From Alphaproteobacteria bacterium (GTDB lineage: Bacteria > Pseudomonadota > Alphaproteobacteria > Sphingomonadales > Sphingomonadaceae), in assembly GCA_028293025.1 (NCBI GenBank), contig JAQGLF010000010.1:1-52909 (forward strand): a DNA stretch of 52,909 nucleotides, written 5' to 3'. This document shows positions 8,906 to 19,236 of the stretch, piece by piece. Position numbers and translations under genes: made by a program. Below the pieces are notes generated by a model. The model was not told the origin of the DNA and did no database searches. It saw nothing but the letters and a program-made list of their open reading frames with translations. Positions within the stretch are counted from its first letter, which is position 1; every line of letters begins with the position of its first letter.

Positions 8906-11388
8906 GCGTGGTGGCGATCGGCGCGCCGTTGCGCGGGTGGGCGGCGCCGCTCGACGAAGTCCCCGATCCGGTCTTCGCGCAACGAATGATGGGCGAGGGC
9001 GTCGCCATCGACCCGCTGGAGGGCCTGATCGTCGCGCCCGCGGCGGGAATCGTCGCCTCGGTGCCGGCGACAGCCCATGCCGTGACCCTCGAACTGGCCA
9101 ATGGCGCGCAGCTCCTGATCCATATCGGGCTCGAGACGGTCGCGCTGGCCGGCGTGGGGTTCGAGGCGCTCGTCGTGGCGGGCCAAAAAGTCGCGGCCGG
9201 CGAGCCGTTGATCCGCTTCGACCTCGACGCGGTGGCGCGCCGGGCGAAGAGCCTGATCACGCCGATCATCCTCATCAACGAGGGCTATCGCATCGAGATC
9301 CTCGCGATCGGTCGGCTGGTGGAGGCGGGCGAGCCGCTGATGCGCATCGTGTCGGCTGGTATTGCGACTGGCGCGGCACCGAGGCAGAGCGGCGCCGCGA
9401 TCGAGCGGCGCCTCGTCATCCCCCAGGCGCACGGCATCCACGCCCGCCCCGCCGCGCGGATCGTGAGCCTGCTCAAGCCTTTCGCCGCCGACGTCACCCT
9501 GGCCGCGCACGGGCGGAGCGCGGACGGTCGAAGCATGGTCGCCTTGATGGCGCTTGGCCTGAAGCGCGGCGACGAAGCGCTGCTATCGGCCATCGGCGCC
9601 GATGCGGCGGCGGCCGTCGCGGCGGTCGCCACCCTGATCGAGACCGGGATGGACGAAGCCGAGCCGGCCCCCGTCGCGCCCGTGCCGGCGGCGCCCGCGG
9701 TCGCTGGCCCAGCGTCGATCCTCGAGGGGGTTTGCGCGGCGCCCGGCTTCGCCGTCGGGCCGGTCGCCTTTCTCCGCGTCGCGGCGATCACCGTTCCGTT
9801 CGACGGCGCCGGCGGCGCGGCGGAGGAGCGGGCCCTGGCGAAGGCGGTCACTTCCGTCGCCGCCTCGTTCGCAGCGAGCGAGGATGCGGGCCTCGCCGAC
9901 GCCCATCGCGCCCTGGTGGCGGATCCGCAGCTGCTCGCGGACGCGCGGATTCACATCGCCGCCGGCAGAAGCGCCGGCCATGCGTGGCGCGCTGCGGTCG
10001 CCACCGCGGCGGAGTCGCTCCGCGCGACCGGCGACCCGCTGCTGATCGAGCGCATCGCCGACTTGGAGGATGTCGAGCGGCAGGTGCTGGCGCGCCTGAC
10101 CGGAACGGCGGCCTTCACCGCCGACGACGTGCCCGAGGGCGCGATCCTCGTCGCCGACACACTGCTGCCGTCGCAATTCCTCGCTTTGCGCGCCACCGTC
10201 GCCGGAATCGTCACCGCCCGCGGCGGCCCCACTTCCCACGTCGCGATCCTCGCGGCCGCGGCCGGAATACCGATGCTGGTCGCGGCCGGGCCCCGGGCCT
10301 TGGCCCTTACGGAAGGACGGACCGTCATTCTCGACGCCGATGCCGGCCGGGCCGACACCGATCCCGATCCAGCGGCCTTCGCCGACGCGCAGCAGCGCCT
10401 CGCCGGACAGAAGGCGCGCCGCGCCGCCGAGGCTGCCGGCGCGCAGGAAGAATGCCGCATGGCGGACGGCACCAGAATCGAGATCTTCGCCAACCTCTCT
10501 TCCGCCGCCGAGGCGGCGGGCGCCGTCGCCGCGGGGGCCGAAGGATGCGGCTTGCTGCGCACCGAATTCCTGTTCCTCGACCGCAATGAGGCCCCCTCCG
10601 AGGACGAGCAAGCCGAGACCTATGCGGCGGTCGCGGCGGCGCTCGGCGGCCGGCCATTGATCGTGCGGACGCTCGACATCGGCGGCGACAAGCCCGTTTC
10701 ATACCTCCCCTTCCCGCAGGAGGAAAATCCAGCCCTCGGCCGGCGCGGCATCCGCTTCGCCCTCGCCCGGCCGGACCTGCTCGAGACCCAGCTGCGCGCA
10801 ATCCTGCGCGGCGTGCCGGCGGCGTCCTGCCGGATCATGGTGCCGATGGTCATCGAGCGCGACGAGCTCCGCGCCGTCCGCGCGCTGCTGGACAAGGCGA
10901 TGGCAGCCGTCGGCCGCCGCGACCCGGTGCAGCTCGGCGTGATGATCGAGACGCCGGCGGCGGCCTTGCTGGCGGAAAGTCTCGCCGCCGAGGCCGATTT
11001 CCTGTCCGTGGGAACGAACGACCTCACCCAATATGCCTTGGCCTGCGATCGCGGCAATCCCGCGACCGCCGCCATGATCGATGCGCTGCACCCGGCGGTG
11101 CTCCATCTCATCCGCCATGCCGCGGAAGGCGCCCGCAAATACGGGCGCTGGTTCGGCATTTGCGGCGGCGTCGCCTCCGATCCGGCGGCCGCCGCCATCC
11201 TTATCGGCCTCGGCGCGGCCGAATTGTCGGCGGCGCCTGCCGCCATTCCCGCGCTCAAGGCGAGCGTGCGGGGCCTCCGCCGCGAGACCTGCGAGGCGCT
11301 GGCCCGGCAGGCGCTGGCCTGCGCCTCGGCCGCCGAGGTCCGCCGGCTCGTCGCGGCCGCCTCGGATGAAATGAAGGGAGCCGCATGA
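8902..11388 (+). CDS. nagF: PTS multiphosphoryl transfer protein EIIA-HPr-EI (NagF/PtsP)
   Basis: EIIA (VPDPVFA, IHIGLETV), HPr (GIHARPAA) and EI (GPTSHVAILA, GLLRTEFLF, RTLDIGGDK, GTNDLTQY) motifs. ATGA overlap with the GH20 gene. Confidence 0.92.
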   Translation: MSVVAIGAPLRGWAAPLDEVPDPVFAQRMMGEGVAIDPLEGLIVAPAAGIVASVPATAHAVTLELANGAQLLIHIGLETVALAGVGFEALVVAGQKVAAGEPLIRFDLDAVARRAKSLITPIILINEGYRIEILAIGRLVEAGEPLMRIVSAGIATGAAPRQSGAAIERRLVIPQAHGIHARPAARIVSLLKPFAADVTLAAHGRSADGRSMVALMALGLKRGDEALLSAIGADAAAAVAAVATLIETGMDEAEPAPVAPVPAAPAVAGPASILEGVCAAPGFAVGPVAFLRVAAITVPFDGAGGAAEERALAKAVTSVAASFAASEDAGLADAHRALVADPQLLADARIHIAAGRSAGHAWRAAVATAAESLRATGDPLLIERIADLEDVERQVLARLTGTAAFTADDVPEGAILVADTLLPSQFLALRATVAGIVTARGGPTSHVAILAAAAGIPMLVAAGPRALALTEGRTVILDADAGRADTDPDPAAFADAQQRLAGQKARRAAEAAGAQEECRMADGTRIEIFANLSSAAEAAGAVAAGAEGCGLLRTEFLFLDRNEAPSEDEQAETYAAVAAALGGRPLIVRTLDIGGDKPVSYLPFPQEENPALGRRGIRFALARPDLLETQLRAILRGVPAASCRIMVPMVIERDELRAVRALLDKAMAAVGRRDPVQLGVMIETPAAALLAESLAAEADFLSVGTNDLTQYALACDRGNPATAAMIDALHPAVLHLIRHAAEGARKYGRWFGICGGVASDPAAAAILIGLGAAELSAAPAAIPALKASVRGLRRETCEALARQALACASAAEVRRLVAAASDEMKGAA

Positions 11389-13097
11389 TGCCCCGTCTCA
11401 GCGCCCTCTCGGCGACCCGCCTCCAGCCTTTGGGCAGGGCGCTGATGCTGCCGATCGCGGTCCTGCCGATCGCCGGCATCCTTCTGCGCCTCGGCCAGGC
11501 CGATCTCCTCGACATCCAGTTCGTCGCCGCGGCCGGAGAGGCGATCTTCTCGAACCTCGGCCTCTTATTCGCGATCGGCGTCGCCGTCGGCCTCGCCCGC
11601 GAAAATCACGGCGCGGCCGGCCTCGCGGGCGTCGTCGCCTATCTCGTCACCGTCGAAGGCGCCAAGACCCTGTTGACGGTCCCGCCGGATAAGATCGCTG
11701 CGTTCTCCGGCCAAGCGGCGAAGGATCTCGCCGCCGCGGCGTGGCGGACGACGGAACTCCGTAAGCTCAGCGTCCCTGCCGGCATCCTTTCGGGCCTCAC
11801 GGCGGGATGGCTCTACAACCGCTATGCGACGATCAAATTGCCCGATTATCTCGCTTTCTTCGGCGGGCGCCGCTTCGTGCCGATCGCGGCGGGCTTTGCC
11901 GGTCTCGCCGGCGCCTTGCTGTTCGGCCTCGGCTTCCCCTTCCTCGAGACCGGCATCGATACGCTCAGCAAATGGGTGGTGGGCGCCGGCTGGATCGGCC
12001 TCTTCCTTTACGGCGTGCTCAACCGGCTGCTGATCGTCACCGGCCTCCACCATATCCTCAACAACATCGCCTGGTTCATCCTCGGCGATTTCCACGGCAA
12101 GACCGGCGACCTCAATCGCTTCTTCGCCGGTGACCCGAGCGCGGGCGGCTTCATGGCCGGCTTCTTCCCGGTGATGATGTTCGGCCTCCCCGCCGCCTGC
12201 CTCGCCATGTATCGCTGCGCCTTGCCCGAACGGCGGAAGGCGGTCGGCGGCATGCTCACGTCGCTGGCGCTGACCTCTTTCCTCACCGGCGTCACCGAGC
12301 CGATCGAGTTCAGCTTCATGTTCCTCGCGCCTCTGCTCTACGTGGTGCACGCGGTGCTGACCGGACTCTCGATGGTGGTGATGAACGCGCTCGGCGTGAA
12401 GCTCGGCTTCGGCTTCTCGGCCGGCCTGGTCGATTATGTCGTGAACTTCAGGCTGGCGACGCGGCCCCTCCTCCTGCTGCCGGTTGGCGCTGCCTATTTC
12501 GCGATCTATTATTTCTCCTTCCGCTTCTGCATCCTCAAATTCGGGCTCAAGACGCCTGGCCGCGAGGCTGCGGCCGATACCGCCGGCGCGGCGCCGCCGC
12601 CACGGGAGGGCGCGCGCGCGCCGGCCTTCGTCGAGGCGCTCGGCGGTGCCGCCAATCTCGTCGAGATCGGCGCCTGCACCACGCGCCTGCGCCTCATCCT
12701 CGCCGATGCCGCCGCGATCGACGAGCCGCGCCTGCGCGCCCTCGGCGCCCGCGGCATCCTGCGGCTGGGAGAACGCGACGTGCAGGTCGTGCTCGGCCCC
12801 ATCGCCGACGCCGTCGCGGAAGAGATACGGGCCTGCCTGCGCAGCCCCAGGCAAGGGCCGGCGCATGTGCTCGAGGATCTCGCCGCGGGCCTGCGAAGCG
12901 GCCTCGCCGCCGGCAACGTTCGGCAGGTGGAGGCCCGATCGACCCGCCTCATCGTCGAGCTGGACGATGCGGACCGCATCGACCTCGCCGCGCTCGAACG
13001 CCTGGGCCTGAGAGGGATCGCACGGGCCGGACCGTCCACGCTCCACATTCTGACCGGCGGCGACGCGGAGGCGCTGGCTGGCCTGCTCAACGACTAG
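11385..13097 (+). CDS. nagE: PTS N-acetylglucosamine-specific EIICB (plus degenerate second EIIB)
   Basis: LGRALMLPIAVLP, FFGGRRFVPI, GLHHILN, GVTEPIEF and KTPGRE linker; EIIB phospho-Cys in ACTTRLR. Confidence 0.92.
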   Translation: MMPRLSALSATRLQPLGRALMLPIAVLPIAGILLRLGQADLLDIQFVAAAGEAIFSNLGLLFAIGVAVGLARENHGAAGLAGVVAYLVTVEGAKTLLTVPPDKIAAFSGQAAKDLAAAAWRTTELRKLSVPAGILSGLTAGWLYNRYATIKLPDYLAFFGGRRFVPIAAGFAGLAGALLFGLGFPFLETGIDTLSKWVVGAGWIGLFLYGVLNRLLIVTGLHHILNNIAWFILGDFHGKTGDLNRFFAGDPSAGGFMAGFFPVMMFGLPAACLAMYRCALPERRKAVGGMLTSLALTSFLTGVTEPIEFSFMFLAPLLYVVHAVLTGLSMVVMNALGVKLGFGFSAGLVDYVVNFRLATRPLLLLPVGAAYFAIYYFSFRFCILKFGLKTPGREAAADTAGAAPPPREGARAPAFVEALGGAANLVEIGACTTRLRLILADAAAIDEPRLRALGARGILRLGERDVQVVLGPIADAVAEEIRACLRSPRQGPAHVLEDLAAGLRSGLAAGNVRQVEARSTRLIVELDDADRIDLAALERLGLRGIARAGPSTLHILTGGDAEALAGLLND

Positions 13098-13157
13098 GAG
13101 GACTGGGCCGGCAAACGCTGTGGAGCCGCTTGCACTCCATCCGCGTCGAATGCGGCG

Positions 13158-16100
13158 TCAAACCTCCAGTCGATCGTCCGAACGGGCGACCAGGGCATAG
13201 AGCGCCGGCATCAGGAAGATGTTGATCAACAGGCACGCGAGCAGGCCGCTGACGATGACCAAAGCAAACGGTCTTTGGGTGTCCGTGCCGACCCCGGTCG
13301 CCAGCGCCGCGGGCAGCAGGCCCAGCGAAGCGACCAAGGCGGTCATCATGATCGGGCGAAGCCGCAGGATCGCGCCCTCGCGGATCGCTTCCGCCACCGG
13401 CGTCCCGGCAAGGCGCAGCTCGTTGACGTAGGAGATGTAGACGATCGCGGTCTGGACCGAGACTCCGAACAAGGCGAGGAAGCCGATCGCCGAGGAGACC
13501 GAAAAGACCGTGCCGGTCATCCACAGAGCGAGGATGCCCCCGACCGGCGCCGACAGCAGCACACCCGCGACGGTGATGAACGGGAATTTCAGATTCTTGT
13601 AGAGGATGAACAGCAGCAGGAAGATGAGGAGCAGGGTCAGCGGCACGATCACGCTCAGCTGCGCGCGCGACGCGGTATATTCGCTATATTCGCCGCCCCA
13701 GTCGAGCCGGTAGCCCTGCGGCAGCGCCACCTTGTCGTGGACCTGGCGGATCGAATCCTGGACCGCTCCGGCAAGGTCGCGGCCCTCGACCGAGAATTGG
13801 ACGCCGATGAAGCGGCTGTTATTCTCGCGGTAGATGAAGGCGGCGCCGTTGGTGACCCCGATCTGCGCGAACTCCTTCAGCGGGATATGCTGGCCGCCGG
13901 GGGTGGCGACCAGGATGTTGCCGATCGCGACCGGATCCTCGCGATATTTCGGGTCGAGGCGGACGACGAGATCGAACTGCTTCTCCTGCTGGACGACCTG
14001 GGTCGCGACGTCGCCGCCGATCGCGGCCTGGATCAGCGCGTTGACGTCGTCGACGTTGACGCCGTAGCGGGCGATCCTGGCCCGATCGATCCTGATCGTG
14101 AGGCTCGGCTGGCCCAGCTCCTGGACGAGGGTGACGTCGCGAATGCCGCGCACATGCTCGAGCACCTGCTTGATCGCCTTGCCCTTCTGCTGAAGGACGG
14201 CGAGGTCGGGCCCGAACACCTTCACCGCCAGGGCGCTCTTGAGCCCGGTCTCGGCCTCGTCGACCGCATCCTCGGCGGGCTGGGTGTAGTTGAAGTCGAT
14301 GCCCGGGAAAGTTTCGAGCTTGCGGTTGATCGCGGCGATCAGGGCCGGCTTGTCGCGATAGGCGCCGTGCCATTGCGAATAGGGTTTGAGGCCGACATAG
14401 AATTCGGCGTTGAAGAAGCCGGTGGCGTCGGTGCCGTCGTCGGGCCGGCCATGCTCGGACCCGACGACCGTGACCTCCGGGAAGGAGCTCAATATCGCGC
14501 GCACCTGCGGCACGATCCTCGCCGATTCGTCGAACGAGATGGTGTAGGGCATGGTGGCGCGCACCCAGAGCGCCCCTTCGTCGAGATGCGGCATGAATTC
14601 GGCGCCGACCGCGGGGACCAGCAGCAAGGAGGCGATGAACAGGATCGCCGAGGCGATCGTCGTTCCCCATGGCCGGGCCAGGCAGAAATCGAGGCCGCTG
14701 GCATAAGCCGAACGGATCATTTCGAAGATCGCATTGCGCCGCTCGCGAACGCCCCGCCGCATCAGCCACGAGCACAGGACCGGCAGCAGGGTCAGGGTGA
14801 CGATCAGCGAGCCGATCAGGGCGAAAATCATCGTGTCGGCCATCGGCCTGAACAGGGTTCCCGACGGTCCGGTGAGAACGTAGATCGGCAGGAAGCTGAC
14901 GACGATGACGGCGACCGCATAGAATAAGGGCCGGTCGACCTCGGCGGCGGCATCGCCGATGATCTCGACCACGCTGACGCCCGAATCGCGGCGCAATGCG
15001 AGCTGGCGGTAGATGTTCTCGACCATCACCACCGCCGCCTCGACCAGGATGCCGAAGTCGATCGCCCCGATCGAGAGCAGGTTCGCGGAAGCGTGCTGGA
15101 GATCGAGGCAGGCGAAGGCGAACAGCAAGGCGAGCGGAATCGTCGCCGCGACGATCAGCCCCGCCCTGATGTCGTAGAGGAAGAAGATCAGCACGACGAC
15201 GACGAGCAGCATGCCGCGCAGCAAATTGTTTTCGACCACCGCCGTCGTCACCGCGACGAGATCGGTGCGGTCGTAGAACGGCACGACCTTCACGTCCTTC
15301 GGCAGGATCTGCTCGTTCAATTCGCGGGTCTTGGCCTCGACGCGGGTCAGGACGTCCTGCGTCTTCTCGCCGGTGCGGAGCATGACCACCCCTTCGACCG
15401 CGTCGTTCTGCCGGCCGATCCCGAACTCCCCCAGCCTCGGCGCGATGCCGAGCGTCACCCGGCCGATATCCTTGACGAGGACCGGCGTCCCGTCGTGGAC
15501 CGCGACCACGACATTGCCGATATCCTCGACCGTCTGGATCCGGCCGACGCCGCGCACGTAATAGAATTTGCCGCCCTCCGAGTAGAAGCCGCCGCCGCCA
15601 TTGCCGTTATTGGCGCCGAGCGCGGTTTCGACCTGCTGGATCGAGAGGCCCGCCGCGGCTAGCCGAACCTGGTCGACCAGCACCTGATATTGCATCGTGC
15701 CGCCGCCGAAGCCGGAATCGTCGGCGACTCCGGAGACCGACTTGAACTGCGGCTCGACCGTCCAGTCCTCGAAGGTCTTGAGCTCGGTCGGCGAGCGGTC
15801 GGGGCTTTGCAGCGTGTAGCGGTAGATGAGGCCGGAGGGCGAGGTCAGCGGCGATATCGACGGCGTGACCCCCGTCGGCAGGCTGATGTCGCCGATCCGG
15901 TTGAACGCCTGCTGGCGCGCGAACTCCCGGTCGGTGCCCTGGTCGAGCGTGATGACGACGTCGGACAGACCGTAGAGCGAGACCGAGCGGACGATGGTGG
16001 CATGGGGAATGCCGTTCATGCCGATCTCGACCGGCACGGTGATCAGCCTTTCCACCTCCTCGGCCGCATGGTCGGGCCATTGGGTGATGATCTCCACCAT

Positions 16101-16286
16101 CGGCGGCGACAGATCGGGATAGGCGTCGACCGGCAGCCGGTGCAGCGCCCGCAGGCCGATGCCGATCAGGAGGATCGTCAGCAGCCCGACCAGCAGCCGC
16201 TGCTTCAGGCTCGTCGCCACGATCCGGTTGATGAAGGACGAACCGGGGGGTGGCGGCAGGCCCGGCCCGGGCGGGTGGTCGCTCAT
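13158..16286 (-). CDS. CusA/CzcA-family heavy-metal efflux RND permease
   Basis: LPVDAYPDL, EEVERLITVPVE, SLYGLS, GAIDFGIL, EFMPHLDEG and RLRPIMMTA motifs; 1042 aa. Confidence 0.92.
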   Translation of the reverse strand: MSDHPPGPGLPPPPGSSFINRIVATSLKQRLLVGLLTILLIGIGLRALHRLPVDAYPDLSPPMVEIITQWPDHAAEEVERLITVPVEIGMNGIPHATIVRSVSLYGLSDVVITLDQGTDREFARQQAFNRIGDISLPTGVTPSISPLTSPSGLIYRYTLQSPDRSPTELKTFEDWTVEPQFKSVSGVADDSGFGGGTMQYQVLVDQVRLAAAGLSIQQVETALGANNGNGGGGFYSEGGKFYYVRGVGRIQTVEDIGNVVVAVHDGTPVLVKDIGRVTLGIAPRLGEFGIGRQNDAVEGVVMLRTGEKTQDVLTRVEAKTRELNEQILPKDVKVVPFYDRTDLVAVTTAVVENNLLRGMLLVVVVLIFFLYDIRAGLIVAATIPLALLFAFACLDLQHASANLLSIGAIDFGILVEAAVVMVENIYRQLALRRDSGVSVVEIIGDAAAEVDRPLFYAVAVIVVSFLPIYVLTGPSGTLFRPMADTMIFALIGSLIVTLTLLPVLCSWLMRRGVRERRNAIFEMIRSAYASGLDFCLARPWGTTIASAILFIASLLLVPAVGAEFMPHLDEGALWVRATMPYTISFDESARIVPQVRAILSSFPEVTVVGSEHGRPDDGTDATGFFNAEFYVGLKPYSQWHGAYRDKPALIAAINRKLETFPGIDFNYTQPAEDAVDEAETGLKSALAVKVFGPDLAVLQQKGKAIKQVLEHVRGIRDVTLVQELGQPSLTIRIDRARIARYGVNVDDVNALIQAAIGGDVATQVVQQEKQFDLVVRLDPKYREDPVAIGNILVATPGGQHIPLKEFAQIGVTNGAAFIYRENNSRFIGVQFSVEGRDLAGAVQDSIRQVHDKVALPQGYRLDWGGEYSEYTASRAQLSVIVPLTLLLIFLLLFILYKNLKFPFITVAGVLLSAPVGGILALWMTGTVFSVSSAIGFLALFGVSVQTAIVYISYVNELRLAGTPVAEAIREGAILRLRPIMMTALVASLGLLPAALATGVGTDTQRPFALVIVSGLLACLLINIFLMPALYALVARSDDRLEV

Positions 16287-17401
16287 TGATTCTGCATGAA
16301 TTGGAGGAAGATCGCGCCGTCGACGACGACCCGGTCACCCGCCGCCAGGCCCTCGGTGGCGTCGTAGCGATCGCCGTCGCGATAGCCGAGGGTGACGTGG
16401 CGGCGCGCGAAGCGGCCGTCCGGCAAGGCGAGATAGACGAAGGGCAGGTTCTGGTCGTCGCGCAGCACCGCCGAGACCGGCACCATCAGGCCGGTCATCG
16501 CCCGCGCCGACTTGATCGAGACGTCGACATACATTTGCCGCTTCAGCAGGGCGCCCGGATTGGCGAGGACGATGCGCGCGATCACCGCGCGGCTGTTCGG
16601 ATCCACCGAGGCCGAGATGTTGTCGACGATGCCGTGGAAGCTGCCGATGCCGGCGCCCGCATCGACCTCGGCGGGATCGTGGGGAGCGATCGCCACGACG
16701 TCGCTGCTCGCAACCTGGGCCAGCACCCAGACGCGGGAGAGGTTGGCGACGGTGAAGAGCGGAGTCGTTCCCGCCTGGAGAAGCTGGCCCGGCGTGGCCG
16801 GCCTGTCGACGATCGTGCCGGCGATCGGCGCGCGGATGATGGCGCCGCCGTCGCGCGCGATGCGGGCGCCCGGGACGCCGCCGTTCATGGCGGTGAGCGC
16901 CTGCAGCGCCGCGTCGCGGTCCGCCGCGGCGCCGGCGGCATCGACCTGAGCCTGCGCCGCCTCGCGCTGCGAGATGCCGTCATGCGCGGCAAGGTCCCTG
17001 TCGACCGCGGCGAGCTTGCGGGCGTTGGCGGCGGCGGCGAGCGCCTTGCGATAAGCGCCGACCGCCGCGGCATAATCCCCCGACTGGACCAAAGCGAGCG
17101 GCTGGCCCTTGGCGACGTGCTGGCCGATCGAGACGAGCAGCCGCGTCACCGGTCCGGTGAAGGGCGACACCACGGCGGTCGCCTGGTCGTTGTCGAAATC
17201 GACCGTTCCGGGCGCCACGACGGTCCGGCTGAAGGTCGACGGGACGATCGTGTAGATGCGGATATGGCGCCGCTGGGCGTCGGTCAGCTTCACATTGCCG
17301 GCCGGCGCCTGCGCATCGTAGGAATCGTCGTTTCGCGAGGAGCAGCCGGCAAGCAGCAGCGCCGCGGCGGCGGCGGCGAGAACGGCCTTCTTATTGCGCA
17401 T
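16283..17401 (-). CDS. RND periplasmic adaptor (CzcB-like membrane fusion lipoprotein)
   Basis: Lipobox LLAGC; IRAPIAGTIV, LFTVANLSRVWV and GLAAGDRVVVDGA motifs. ATG 17401 overlaps the upstream gene. Confidence 0.9.
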   Translation of the reverse strand: MRNKKAVLAAAAAALLLAGCSSRNDDSYDAQAPAGNVKLTDAQRRHIRIYTIVPSTFSRTVVAPGTVDFDNDQATAVVSPFTGPVTRLLVSIGQHVAKGQPLALVQSGDYAAAVGAYRKALAAAANARKLAAVDRDLAAHDGISQREAAQAQVDAAGAAADRDAALQALTAMNGGVPGARIARDGGAIIRAPIAGTIVDRPATPGQLLQAGTTPLFTVANLSRVWVLAQVASSDVVAIAPHDPAEVDAGAGIGSFHGIVDNISASVDPNSRAVIARIVLANPGALLKRQMYVDVSIKSARAMTGLMVPVSAVLRDDQNLPFVYLALPDGRFARRHVTLGYRDGDRYDATEGLAAGDRVVVDGAIFLQFMQNQ

Positions 17402-18887
17402 GCACGGCCTCTCCGAGGTCGGAACGGTGCCACCAGCCGCCGCCGAGCGCCTGGAACAGGGCCGCGGTGTCGGCATAGCGATTGGCCTCGGCCTGGACGA
17501 GGCTGATCCGCGCCTGCTGGTAGGCCTGCTCGGCGTTGAGCAACGCCAGATAATTGGCATAGCCCGCTTTGTACTGGCGCTGCGACAGCTCGAGCGTGAC
17601 CCTGGCGGCGCCGGCCGCGGCCGCCGAATCCCTCAGGCCGTCGGCATCCTGCGCGAGCGCCGTCAGGCTGTCGGCGACGTTCTGGAATGCGGTCAGCACG
17701 GTCGCGCGATATTGCTCGGCGGCTTCCTGATAAGCCGCCTTTGCCCCGCGCTGCTGGTGCCGCAGCGTGCCGCCATCGAAGATCGGCGCCAGCAAGGCCG
17801 CGCCGATGTTCCAGAAGCCGGTGCCGGGACCGAATATCTGACCGATCGCCAGCGCCGTGCTGCCGGCATTGGCGGTCAGGCTGATGTTCGGCAGCCTGTT
17901 GGCGGTCGCCACGCCCACCTGCGCGCTCGCGGCGTGAAGATTGGCCTCGGCCTGGAGCACGTCGGGGCGCTGCGCGACGAGCACCGAGGGCAGGCTGACC
18001 GGCAGGTCGCGCGGCAGATCCAGGCCCGCCAGCGTGAATTTCTCGGCCCGCGCCTCGCTGGGGAAGCGGCCGGCGAGCACGGCGAGGAGGTTGCGCTGCT
18101 GGTCCAGCTGCTTGAGCAAAGGCGGCAGCGTCGCCGTCATCTGGGCCAGTTGCGATTGCTGCGCGGCGAGATCGATCCCGCCCGCATAGCCCTTCGCCTT
18201 CTGGTAGCGCAGGATCGCCAGCATCTTGCCGTTGATGTCGATCAGCTGCCGCGTCGCATCGACCTGGTCTTCCAGCGATGCTTCCTGGATCGCGGCGGCG
18301 GCGACATTGGCGCTGAGCGTGATGTCGGTCGCGATCATCTGGTAGCGGCTCGCCTGCTCCTGCGCGGCGGCGGCCTCGACGGTGCGCCGGTTCAGCCCGA
18401 AAACGTCCGGCACGTAGGAGATGCTGAGCTGCGGCGTCGCCAGGGTGAACAGGGAGGCGTTGTTGCTCGGCACCGGCGCCAGCGCCCCGGTCGGATCCCG
18501 CTCGCGGCTCACCGCGAGCCCCGCCGACACTTTCGGCGCATAGGCCCCGTGCTGCGCGCGCGTATTCTCATGGGCGACGAGCAGGGCTGCCTGCGCCGCC
18601 TTGAGGTTGGGGTTGTTGGCGAGCGCCTGCTCGATCAGCGCGTTGAGCGCGTGCGAATGGAACAAGGTCCACCAGTCGGCGGGAATGTCGCCGCCGCTGA
18701 CGAAGCGTTGCGCCGCGCCGCCGGGGACGCCGGGGGTGGCCGCCGTCGCGGCGGGAAGAGGATAATTGGTATAGCCGGCCACGGTGGGCGCGGCGGGAGT
18801 CTTGAAATTGGGACCGACGACGCAACCGGCCGTGAGCAGCGACGCCGCGAGCGCCGCGACAGGCAGGCCACGCAATTTGACGATCAT
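17391..18887 (-). CDS. Outer-membrane efflux factor (NodT/OprM-type lipoprotein)
   Basis: Lipobox TAGCVVGP; DWWTLF, QRPDVLQAEA and LFQALGGGWW motifs. Confidence 0.9.
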   Translation of the reverse strand: MIVKLRGLPVAALAASLLTAGCVVGPNFKTPAAPTVAGYTNYPLPAATAATPGVPGGAAQRFVSGGDIPADWWTLFHSHALNALIEQALANNPNLKAAQAALLVAHENTRAQHGAYAPKVSAGLAVSRERDPTGALAPVPSNNASLFTLATPQLSISYVPDVFGLNRRTVEAAAAQEQASRYQMIATDITLSANVAAAAIQEASLEDQVDATRQLIDINGKMLAILRYQKAKGYAGGIDLAAQQSQLAQMTATLPPLLKQLDQQRNLLAVLAGRFPSEARAEKFTLAGLDLPRDLPVSLPSVLVAQRPDVLQAEANLHAASAQVGVATANRLPNISLTANAGSTALAIGQIFGPGTGFWNIGAALLAPIFDGGTLRHQQRGAKAAYQEAAEQYRATVLTAFQNVADSLTALAQDADGLRDSAAAAGAARVTLELSQRQYKAGYANYLALLNAEQAYQQARISLVQAEANRYADTAALFQALGGGWWHRSDLGEAVHAQ

Positions 18888-19236
18888 CGGATCCAGCCGC
18901 CCTTTCACCAATTCGCCCTCGACGTGGAAACGGGCTCGGCCCTGCGCCCCGGCTTGATAGTATCACATCGCACGCGTGACAATTGCCATGGCGTAAGAGC
19001 GCGCTGTTACTGAACGCGCGATGAAGGATCGGCGGAGAGGGGGGCTTCACAAGACTCCGCCCTGCTATCGGCCCAGGACGAATTGTTGAAACCATCCACC
19101 CAAATGCCCCCAATGCCCCCTCGTCGCAGGCCGCGCCGGTCAGCGCCCGGTGGCATGGGCGGCCGATCCGATCTAGGAAGGCGGCCGGAACGAAGCCGAC
19201 GAGGATCGACGACGATAATTCCGGGGGAAAAAGTGG

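Noticed and set aside
19031-19061. GGCGGAGAGGG, an 11-bp match to the tRNA-Ser 3' end, as an att site
   Set aside because: Short match in GC-rich DNA that is also explained by a local hairpin (GGCGGAG/CTCCGCC). It cannot be excluded without comparative genomes.
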